A DNA stretch of 64,000 nt from Mobula hypostoma. Lineage: Eukaryota. The notes below the pieces were generated by a model. The model did no database searches, was not told the origin of the DNA, and saw only the letters and a program-made list of their open reading frames with translations. Location: assembly GCF_963921235.1 (NCBI RefSeq), contig NC_086108.1, positions 72,170,001 through 72,234,000 on the forward strand, read 5' to 3'. The position numbers and the translations under genes were made by a program. This document shows, piece after piece, positions 1-10,387 of the stretch; the first letter of the stretch is position 1; the number at the start of each line of letters is the position of its first letter.

Positions 1-1652
1 CTAGCTGCATGCCAGAGGTCTGGGAGTGCCAGGGAGCATGAGTGAGTGCCATTGCTATAACAGTGCTAGGCAAACGGAAAGGTCTTAAGGTGGATAAGTC
101 ACCTGGAACAGATGGACTACATCCCAGAGTCCTGAAAGAGGTTGCTGAAGAGGTAACTGATTCATTGGTCATGATCTTTCAAGAATCACTTGAATCTGTC
201 ATGGGCCCTGAGGACTGGAAGACTGCAAATGTCACTCCATTCTTTAAGAAGGGAGGAAGTAAAAGAGAGGATATTATAGGCCAGTTAGCCTAACCTCAGT
301 GGTTGGGGAAAGTGTTGGAGTCCATTATTAAAGATGAGGTTTTGGAGTACTTGAGACAAATGATAAAATAAGTCAAAGTCAGTATGGTTTCTGTGAAGGG
401 AAATCTTGCCTGTCAAATCTGATAGAGGTCTTCGAGGGAGTAACAAGCAGGGTGGATGAAGCAGAGGCAGTGGATGTCATTTACTTTGATTTTCAGAAGA
501 CATTTGATATGGTATCAGCCATGAGGCTGCTTAACAAGAAAAATTCCTATGGTGTAACAACAAAAACACTGGCATGGATAGAGGAGTGGCTGACAGGCAG
601 GAGTGGGAATAAAGGGGCCTTTTATGGTCAGCTGCTGGTGTCTAGTTGTGTTCCTGAAGGGTGAATATTGGTACCACTGCTTTTCACATTGTTTTTCAAT
701 GATTTCCATAGTGGAATTGATGGCTTTGTGACGAAGTTTGTAGTGATACGAAGATAAGTGGAGGGGTAGGTAGTGCTGAGGAACCAATGCGATTGCAGCA
801 GGACTTAGGCAAATGGAAGAATGGGCAAAAAAGTGGCAGATGGAATACAGTGTTGGGAGATGTATGATAATGCATCTTGGTAAAAGGAACGGTAGTGCGG
901 ACTATTATCTGAATGGGGAGAAACTTCAAACATCAGAGGTACAAAGAAACCTAGCAATCCTTTGACTCCCAGAATGTTAATTCACAGGCTGAGTCTGTGG
1001 TAAAGAAGGATAATGTAATGTTCGCATTTATTTCAAGGGAAATAGAATTTACAAACAAGGAGATAATGCTGAAGCTTAATAAGACACTAGTTAGTACACA
1101 TTTAGAGTACTGTCAACAGTTCTGGGGCCCCTTATCTCAGAAAGGATGTATTGTCATTGGAGAAGGTCCAGAGGAGGTTCACAAGGATTATTCTGGGAAT
1201 GAAAGAGTTAACATATGAGGAGTGTTTGGTGTCTTTGGGCCTGTACTCACTGGAATTTAGAAGAATGCTTGGGGATCTCATTAAAACCTACCAAATGTTG
1301 AATGAACTAGATAAGGTGGATTCCTCTGGTGTGAGTATCCAGAACCAGAGGACACAGCCTCAAATTTAAGAGGTGACCTTTTAGAACAGAAGTAAGGAGG
1401 AATTTTTTTTAGCCAAAGAGTGGTGAATCTGTGGAATGCTCTGCCACAGGCTGCAATGAAGACCAAGTCCGTGAGTACCTTCAAAGCGGAAGTTGATAGA
1501 TTCCTGATTGGTTGGGGCATCAAGGGATATGGTGAGAGGGCAGATGTATGGGGTTGAATGGGATCCGGGATCAGTCATGATGAAATGGCGGAGCAGACTC
1601 GATGGGCTGAATGACCTAATTCTGCTCCTGTGTCTTGTGGTCTTGTAGTCTA
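1..1652 (+). mobile_element. CR1-clade LINE, decayed ORF2 RT region plus 3' UTR
   Basis: Frameshifted peptides KSPGTDGLHPRVLKE, EDWKTANVTPFFKKG, VDVIYFDFQKTFD, HLEYCQQFW and VQRRFTR; ends in tcttgtggtcttgtagtc tail. Confidence 0.92.
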
Positions 1653-1980
1653 ATCTACAAACCTCCTCTGCTGCAGATACAGTATGTCATTATTTGAAAT
1701 GCTTCATGCCTACCAACCCTGTTTTCCCCATGGAGGACCCATCTGCCAGGGCCCTAGCTTGTTGCTGCTGGAATACTTGGAAGATGGCACGGAACGTCAT
1801 CCTAACTGCCAACCGCACCTCCTGCTACCAGGCCAACAGCAGGTGGCATCCAGTCAGGCTACTCTGTCTGGGGACCATGTCTGATTACCCGCCTGAGATT
1901 TTCCCCTGCACATCCACTCCCGCAAGCTCTCGTCCCAGGTCATTAGTCCCTTCAGGATTACCCATCATATCAATCCAGTC

Positions 1981-2083
1981 GGGGTTCTGAGTTGGATGAT
2001 CAGCCATGATCATAATAAATGGCGGTGCAGGCTCGAAGGGCCGAATGGCCTACTCCTGCACCTATTTTCTATGTTTCTATGTT
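1981..2083 (+). mobile_element. CR1 3' tail only (about 100 bp, 5'-truncated)
   Basis: Nearly identical to the 3' end of the CR1 at 44177-44285; (tctatgtt)n tail. Confidence 0.85.
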
Positions 2084-2089
2084 TATCTC

Positions 2090-2695
2090 CAGCTGCCACC
2101 ATCCTGCAAAATCACACCTATCTTCCACCTGTCCTGCCTCAAGCCTGTTGTCCATGCACCATATTCACCCCACCTGAGCCTGCATTTCTGCGACCTAGAA
2201 TGGAGGAAGGTAGCCCAGGTATATGGTTCGCTGGTTGATGGATTCATGGATGGGGTACGCATTACTTGGTAGATTGGGAAAGGTACAGCCCCATGGAGAG
2301 ATAATGGATCCAGTTTTATCTTGGATCTATCACTTAATGAGTTCGACCAGACTCATCAGGATCACCCTGTCGAGTGCCCACCATAAGAGGGGGAGTCCTT
2401 TCAGGCAGTACAGGTCAGTGCCTTCCAGTCTCCAACCAGCTAACAGGAGTCACCTGGCACTCATTTCCAACTCATCACCTGTAGCCTATTAAAACCCAGC
2501 TCTCATCCACCATCCTTATTCACTCATCAGACCAGCCAGGATTAATCATTTGCTCCTACCCTTTAGTTACCTTGCTGCCTATCTGTTCCCTCTTGTTTCG
2601 TGCCTCCTCCGGCTTGTTATTTTGAAGTTTATTAGTAAAGTTAATGTTTGCCACTGTTCTGCTGTTGGATCAAGTCTCCACTATATTTCCTGACA
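2090..2695 (+). mobile_element. Gypsy LTR retrotransposon 3' remnant (integrase C-terminus, PPT, 3' LTR)
   Basis: PIFHLSCLKP matches the HPxFHVSxLKP motif (compare [11 protein letters not shown] near 63110); purine tract aagaggggga at about 2385; LTR-like segment with tattaaaa, ending cctgaca at 2695. Confidence 0.65.
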
Positions 2696-4127
2696 AATGG
2701 TGCAAAATACCTCTATATGTCGTGTTAAAATAATGCAGGTCTCAGTTTCTCTTTTATTTGTTTACCCCAGAGCTTCAACCTTTGGATTTGGGGAAAGGAT
2801 AGGGCACCTGCATCCTCAAAAATGTATTCAAATCTCCTTGTTTTCATTATCACTAAAAATCTCTTTTGAAGGGAAGTGTCAAGATAACTAATTAGCTTTT
2901 TCCATTTAAAATGATTTATTGGGACAATTCATTAGAGGTAGTGTGTTGCAATTTCCAGGCTTCATTTGTTTCAGAGATTCTCATCTGATGAATTAACATG
3001 AGGTCCGGGTCCTCCTTTATCCTGTCAAGTCTCTGACATTACTGACAGTGAATAATAGCTGATGGAGCATATCAGCTCGTGCAAAATTTTGGAATCTTTG
3101 CTTACCATCTCTACTATCTCTGTCCTGTAGATCCCTTTCTGTTGTTTACATTATGTTTCTTTTAAATAGAATGATTTTTTTTCTTGTGTCACTTCATAAG
3201 AGTGACTGCATATAAGTGAGAATGTTACTATCTCAGCCATGTTTTTGTGCTTTGTTCAACATCACGTCTAACATTACTGATTTATCGCAGCTTAGTTTTT
3301 TGAATGGAAAATAGTCCACTCTTACGCTGCTTTATGAATTCTGAATTCAATAATTTTCAAGTCTCTTATTTTGCACCATTTTAGCACCTTATTATGTATT
3401 GATTTGGGTATTTGGACATTAATCCTGTCATTTTTAACTAGTTGATTTAATTGCATCACCCAAATGCTTTCATATTTTTTGGATCTGTACGTACTTAAAT
3501 GAAAGGTTATATTTGCACTAAATGTTTTGTTCACATAAAACAAGGACATGGCCTTATGAAATGTAGGAATACTTAAGAATTTGTTTGCAGTTAAAATATA
3601 TTTTTAAATAGTTACATTATTGTTTCTTGGAACAAGAATTGTCAATCCCTGATCAGCCTAATCTTTGATCTATTGTATTCCACTTCTTCAGATCATTAAT
3701 ATATTTGAACATTACTGACAGCTTTAAATCATTCTCCATACCTTTGCTTCAATAAAAATGAAATATGTTATTTACCTGTTTTTTGCACTATAATCTTCAG
3801 CTTAATTTGTTTCTTAAAGGATGCTACTTTTTCTTACAAAGTACATCCCATTTTGTTAATGCCAAGCCATAGTGATGACACTGTCACTGAGCCCTGTAAA
3901 GCCTGGTCAATCAGAGGAAACCTTTTGCTTTTCTGCACATGGCCTCGTAAGTGCATAATAATTACAGAGCTTTTATCTAGAATTATCCTCACTGTGGCTC
4001 AGATTGACTGCAGCTCTCAGTAAACATAGTGCTCTGATGGAATGGTAGCTTTCTGTCTTGTCTCCCAGCTCTCACAATCTCACAATACCTCTGACCCAGC
4101 CAGTGCTTTAGTTCCATTTCCAAAAGT

Positions 4128-5600
4128 CGGGTCCTAGCTATGCTTGCCTGTTTGTCGGCTACGTGGAACAGTCTATGTTCCAAGCCTACACTGGTGACTG
4201 TCCTGCACTTTTCCGAGCTGCATCAATGATTGCATTGGTGCTGCTTCCTGCACCCATGCTGAACTCATTTATTTCATCCACTTTGCCTCCAACTTCCACC
4301 CTGCCCTCAAATTCACCTGGTCCATTTCCGATACTTCCCTTCCCTTTCTTGATCTCGTTGTCTCTATCGCTGTAGACAGCTTATCCAGCAAAATCTATTA
4401 TAAACCAACAGACTCTCACAGCTACCTGGACTACACCTCATCCCACCCTGCTACTTGTAAAAATGCCATCCCTTTTTCTCTCAAATCCTACCTCTCCACC
4501 ACATCTGCTCTCAGGATGAGGCTTTTCATTATAGAACAAAGGAGATGTCCTCCTTTATCAAGGAAAGGGGCTTCCTTTCCTCCACCATCAACACTGCCCT
4601 CAACTGAAATGCTTCCATTTCACCCACGTCTGCTCTTACCCTACGCTCCCGCCACACTACCAGGTATAGGGTTCCTCTGTCCTCACCTACCACCCCATCA
4701 GCCTCTGCTTCCGGCACATAATTCTCTGAAATTTCCACCAACTCCAACTGGATCCCATCACCAAACACATCTTTCCCTCCCCCCACTTTCTACTTTCTGC
4801 AGGGGTTGCTCCCTAGTCTATTCATCCCTCCCTATTAATCTCCCTCCTGGCACTTATCCTTGTAAGCGGAACAAGTACTACACCTGCCCCGACACCACCT
4901 CCCTCACTACCATTCAGGGCCACAAACAGTCCTTCCAGGTGAGACGACACTTCACCCGTGAGTCTTTTGGGATCATATACTGTGTTCGATGCTCCAGGTG
5001 TGGCTTCTTGTATATCGGTGAGACCTGACATAGATTGGGAGACCACTTTGCTGAGCATCTACGCTCCGTCCACTAGAACAAGAAGGATGTTCCGGTGGCC
5101 ACCCATTTTAATTCCACTTTCCATTCCCATTCTGATCTGTCCTTCGATGGCCTCCTTCACTGTCAGTATAAGGCCACACTTAGGTTGGAGGAACAGTTCC
5201 TTGTACTCTGTTTGGGTAGTCTCCAACCTGATGGCATGAACTTCAATTTCTCAAACTACCAGTAATGCCTCCCCCTTCACCATTTCCATCCCCTTTGCCC
5301 CTTTGTCATTTTATCTCCTTGCTTGCCTATCACCTCCCTCAGGTGCTCCCCCTTTTCTTTCTTCCATGGCCTTCTGCCTCTTTCACCAATCAACTTCCTA
5401 GCTCTTTGTTTCATCCCTACCCCTCCAAATTTCACCTATAGCCTGGTGTTTCTCTCTCCCCTCCTCCACCTTTCAAATCTCCTCCTCAGCTTGCTTTCTC
5501 CAGTCCTGCCAAATGGCTTTGCCCCGAAACATCGACTGTACTTTTTTCTACAGATGTTGCCTGGCAAAGTTTCTCCAGCAAATTTTGTGTATGTTGCTCC
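4128..5600 (+). mobile_element. Penelope-like element, decayed RT and GIY-YIG endonuclease plus 3' pseudo-LTR
   Basis: GPSYACLFVGYVEQ, YYKPTDSHSYLDYTSSHP, YCVRCSRCGFLYIGET (GIY-YIG), RLGDHFAEHLRSV and PVATHFNS; degenerate hammerhead motif at 5501-5538. Confidence 0.9.
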
Positions 5601-6596
5601 AAAAGTCATGCTCTATTTCTCCAGATGACAGCTCAAGCAATTTCCAGAATAGGAAATTAACTTATTGTTTTGATAACTGTTTGAATTGCTGCCCTTCTAT
5701 GCTATCCTTTTATACAAGTGAAAGCACAAGAATTAGGTTTATGGTAATCATAAATAGTTGGTATTAATAAATCAAATAAGCATTCTTTATCAAAGAGTAA
5801 GTAAAAGCCGCAAATCATCTCTTTGAAAATGAGTGTCATCAATCCTATGGGCCTCTGTGGTGACCCATAGAGCACTGGGCTTGCAGGTTTCTCAGGCACC
5901 TGTTTTTATTCATTGTCTTAACTAGGGTCATTAAGCACTTCTGTTTAATCTTGTCAAGTTTATTGTGACCGGCATGGGGTTTCCTCGTTCTGTTATTTAT
6001 TTTAGTGGACTCCTGATTAGCATTCATTGCGGGGTCCTTACACTAAGAATGATTTGTCTTGCGGTATTATTCAGTCATGCCACTGATATTCTGTTGGTAA
6101 TCCTATATATGAACTCTTGTTTCTATCTCCACATGGGAGTCTTTTGTTCCTCCACACCTGGGTTCAGTCGTTGCCAGAATTTCATCGTGACGAAGACCTT
6201 GCCTTGATTTTAGAAGAAACCAAGGCAAAATTCAATTTGTTCACATTAATATGAAGCTTTTTTTTGTTCTCAAAACATTCTGGACATATTAATAACCATG
6301 ATCTTGTAGCCTGAGTTGAGGTATTTGATAGCTTGAGCCAAACTTGTATGAACTTATCTTACTTGGAATGAAATGTATCGATGTTTCAGGTCCCGGTCCC
6401 CATCCCCTTATCAGAATGGATAAAGGGAGTTTTCTCTTGCAAAGAAGGTGAGGGTGGGGGATTGGAACAAAGAGAATATCTCTGATAGGAAAAAACAAAA
6501 TTGAATAAGCATAGCATTTACAAATAGGTTTTGCCTCTTTTGTAATGTGAAATTAGTGAAGATTTTCATGTGTCTACATTCACAACATTATTTCCC

Positions 6597-6752
6597 AGCA
6601 ACATACAAAAGAGCTAAAGGCATTCAGTGGGTCAGGCACAGGCAGCATTTTTGGAGGGAAATGGGTGGTTGATGTTTTGGGTCAAGACCCTTGGTCCTGA
6701 TGAAGGGTCCTTTGGGTGCTGCCACAATTTTCCAGCACCCACAACCTCTTGT
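6597..6752. mobile_element. Degraded Penelope pseudo-LTR fold-back fragment
   Basis: Similar to the arms at 25360-25573 and 39255-39476; contains gtcctgatgaagggtc, a partial hammerhead core. Confidence 0.6.
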
Positions 6753-7859
6753 AGTTCCATTTTTCTCTCTAGTGTTGTTTCCACATTGTAATAAATAATT
6801 AAATTAAAAATTAATAAAAACTTCCTGCTATTGCAACAGAAAATATATCACATGCTGGATTATCATTGCTACCCCTGGGAATTAGAATAAACTCTCCATT
6901 TGTTCCAGCACAAAACTTCAAGGCACTGGCTTTCTATTCTAATAGATTACAAATTCTGCCAAAGGTTGCAGTATTAATCAGTATAGTTATAATGCAGTAA
7001 AACTAAATAACCTTGTTCTAAAGTTGGTGGTTGCAATACAAAAGGGGTATTAGAGCTTTTTTCAAAGCGGTGTAATTTGGGACCTCAAGGTTCAATGTAT
7101 GGGAGGAAAGATGATTGTGGGGAGACCATAGAGATGTGATTGACCGCTAAGGAAATTGAGTTAGGAACATACTCGGCTTTGGTCCTGGCAGTGGGGAGTC
7201 AAATATTTTACTAAGCAGTTGAGCAAATTCTCAAGAATGGTTAGTTTTTCATTTGTAAATACGCTGATACTGGTGAAGCCCACCAACTTGGATAGTAAAT
7301 AAACTTGACCTTAAGAGCCAATTACATTCCAAAATGTAAGGTTGCTTGAGTGGTTGCAATGACATTTCTGAAAAAGTCACTTTTCTTAATGCATTAGTCA
7401 CAGGCTGAGCAAGTGATTGAGTGCATATTTAATTCCTTGCAATCTGTATCCATGGAAAGTTAAATTGCTGCACTGCAATCAAGTGACCACAAAATAAGAC
7501 CAAATTGACAGTGCTCTCTCGGTGATGGATTAATGCTTTCGTGATTCTACATCAAATCCTATGTTAAGTTCTTCATTGGATGCTTTAATATGAACAATTT
7601 GCCATCTACTTTTCACTGATCTATTTTCAATGCTTCCTTGTGCCTCTGACAAGCAATTGCCTGAAAGTGTCCTCATTTTTTTTTTAATGCAGTCTCTCTT
7701 CTGCACATGCACACCATAAAAATAATAAAAACCAGCAACAGGAGCCCACTCCTCTCTCAATTTGATAATGGCTAATCTGTTCTCAGTTTCAGGTCTCCCT
7801 CCCTGCCCATCCTAAAACCACTGACTTCCTGCAATGCCAGAAACCTTATCTCTGAATAG

Positions 7860-8220
7860 CGAGTTACCTTGCATGGAGATAGACCCTTCTGCCCATCTCC
7901 TCCATGCCAGCCAAAATGCAAATCTAACATAGTCCTGTTTGCATTTGGCCTGTACCCCTCTAAATATTTCCTACCTGTGTACTTCTCTAGATCTCTTTTA
8001 AATATTATAATTGTGTCTGTTTAAACATTGTAATTGTACCTGCAAAACGTTGTAATTGTCCTTCCATGGTTCAACCTACATGGATCTCTGGAACAGATAA
8101 TTCAAAAGGTTCAGGTAAACAAATAACACAACCTTGTAAAACAGACCGGTTCTTCTTTTTACTTTAAATGGCTAACATCTTACTCTGAAAATGAGACCTT
8201 TAGCTCTAGTTTCACCCATG
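7860..8220 (-). mobile_element. Old CR1 3' fragment
   Basis: Resembles the minus-strand CR1 tails elsewhere (ccctctaaatatttcctacctgtgtac...ttttaaat). Confidence 0.55.
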
Positions 8221-8494
8221 TTTGTGCCAGAACCATTCTATGATTGGAAAACCTGAGTCATCCAATATTTCAATGCCAAAGTTGGGTAGGGAATTGAAAA
8301 TTAGAGATCAGTGGGATTTGAGATGGATAGGATCTGGGCTTGAAGCTCAGCACACGACTAAATAGTGTCCAATTATTGACTGAGGAAAGTGGTTCAGGCA
8401 ACTTTCATATCAGCCTGAACAGATTTTTCTATTTTTCAATATAATTATTGAAAGGGGAGAGGTAAAAGATTTAACTGTGTTGCCTTGATTGGTT

Positions 8495-9777
8495 TGACAC
8501 TGATTCAGCTGTTTCAAAATGAGTTTGAGAGGCACTTCAAAGATACTAAATTAAAGTCTGCAGATATCCAACTAAGAACTTCTACAGGTGAAAAGTTAAC
8601 TCCTGTGGGAATGAAATTGAACTTGTATGTGGTATTAACAGAAGGAACTGCATTGTGGGATGTGATTGGCTCAGACGACTGCAACTTGATTGGAGATCCA
8701 TTCACTATTTGCATGAATCATCCCCTGTAATAAAGCCATCTGAAAGTGAATCAGGAAAGGTACTGGATGATGCCACAACTGTCTCCATGCAGAACACCAT
8801 GAATCATTGCCCAACAGAGGACAAACATGTGTTGGTGACAACGTCAGTACCTCTGGTTGGAAAGCATATTGGACTAAGGAAGGGCCAAGCTGCCCAGTGG
8901 AATTGTGAAAGTGATGAAAGCAGTTGTTCAACTACAACAGTTTTTATAGCAAAAAATCTGAGAAAGCTTCCAATATCTTAAAGAGGCAGTTACTTGTGAA
9001 ATGTGATGATGAATTAAGTTGGAAAGAGTTCAAGGAGTTTCAGGAAAGTTGCATGAATTTAGCTTTTGTGAGTATAAAAACCAGAACCTACTCTATGTGC
9101 ATCAAGGTTGTTGCATGAATTTCAAGTGGGAGTCAAAAAGCTGCTTGTAAAAGTAGATGCAAAGACCCAAGCCCAGCTGGATGAATGGAAGGCCAAAAAG
9201 AAAGGAGTCAATGGAGATACATCAGATGATGTTGCGGATATAGAAACTAAGTGCAGAGATCAGATCGTGAAGGGAGCAATAAGCGAATACTCCATGAACT
9301 AAATATACCTTCCCATGATCATGATGCACAAAGGAGAAGAAACAAAAGGAAGGTGAAGAAAGGTGTCCAGAGCTGTCAGAATCACTTCCTACAGTCTCAG
9401 AGTCGACTCCAACAGCCACCACGGAGAAGGCACCAGAATCTGAGATTGGTTTCACAGCCAAAAGCCTCATCTGTCAAGCAGAGAGAACCCACTTGTCAGG
9501 AAAGATGTTATCCCACAAGAGTAAGAAAGCCTCTGCAATGAAGAAATCTTTCACCCTAAACAGGACAACTTAAAATTTACTATGGTGTGGATGTCTGTAT
9601 ATAGTAGTAATATTAGAAAATATACTGGGAGATGCATTCTACATTGAGTTGGAGCTTATAGCTAAGTAGGGAGGTGTGTTGTTTATTTAATATCTCACTG
9701 ATATTTGAATAATTGTATATAGATTAGTTGATTAAGCATTCTTGTTCATTTAAATAATGGGTTATATGTAAAAATAT
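8495..9777 (+). mobile_element. Internally deleted Gypsy-type LTR element remnant carrying an RBM25 fragment
   Basis: Protease-region peptides QNEFERHFKDTKLKSADIQLRTSTGEKL and GCDWLRRLQLDWRSIH (8500-8780); post-integrase tail ERCYPTRVRKP (about 9500-9540); PPT-like aagtagggagg at about 9664, then tgttg, the probable LTR start, cut by a LINE at 9778. Confidence 0.7.
8825..9360 (+). pseudogene. RBM25: Processed, frameshifted fragment of RNA-binding motif protein 25 (N-terminal RRM region)
   Basis: Stitched translation VGKHIGLRK...TTTVF..SEKAS..L.RQLL.KC...LSWK RVQG.SGKL..F.FCEYK.PE.TL.A.RLLHEFQVG.KKLLVKVDAKTQAQLDEWKAKKK...ETK.RDQIVKGAI..EYS.ELN.PS matches the RBM25 RRM region as I recall it; contiguous with no introns and several frameshifts. 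Confidence 0.88.
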
Positions 9778-10387
9778 GTCAAGTCAAGTTTATTGTCATT
9801 TAATACATGAATATAATGTCTATAACTATATAATGTATAGAGAAACGAGACAATGTTACTCTGAACTTGAGTGTAAAGCACAGTAGTACACATAACACAA
9901 TAACTTTTGAAAGTAAGGATAAAATCTACAGATGAATCACACATAAATAACAAACTAAAGTGCATTAATATTAAATATTGTAAGGTACGGAACAGATTAA
10001 CCAGTGACACTTAGAATACGATGCGACAGGGAGTTCAGAAGTCTAAAGGTCTGAGGGCAAAGACTGTTTCTCATCCTGACCATTCTTCTTTTTATGCATC
10101 ATAGTCTCCTGCCTGAGTCCATGATGCATAGTCTCAGGGAGACCCCTATGATCCTCTCAGCTGTTCTCACAGTCCTTTGTAGGGATTTCTGGTCCAATGC
10201 TTGACTGCTCCCATACCAGATGGAGATGCAACTAGTCAGGACGCTCTCAATAGTGCTCCTGTAAAACACAGTTAAGATGTTGGGGGTGGGGGGGGGGGAG
10301 GAACCTTGCTCGTCTCAGTCTTCCTAGGAAGTGAGGTGCTGCTGTGCCTTCTTGTTCAGGGAGGTGATATTAAGTGACCAGGTGAGG
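9778..10387 (-). mobile_element. Rex1/Babar-type LINE, 3' part (continues at 14462)
   Basis: Minus-strand AATAAA plus (cttga)n tail at 9778-9795; sequence gaccaggtgaggt| rejoins |cttctgtgatgtgaactcccag across the CR1 insertion. Confidence 0.75.

Noticed and set aside
1680..1975. GC-richer block between two CR1 tails, possibly a retroelement coding remnant
   Set aside because: No motif was clear enough to assign a family.
7530..7665. Minus-strand open frame after a tttcag acceptor
   Set aside because: Short, with no recognisable domain; compatible with chance.
8825..9360. Functional RBM25 gene
   Set aside because: Multiple frameshifts, no introns, partial length and embedded in an LTR element.
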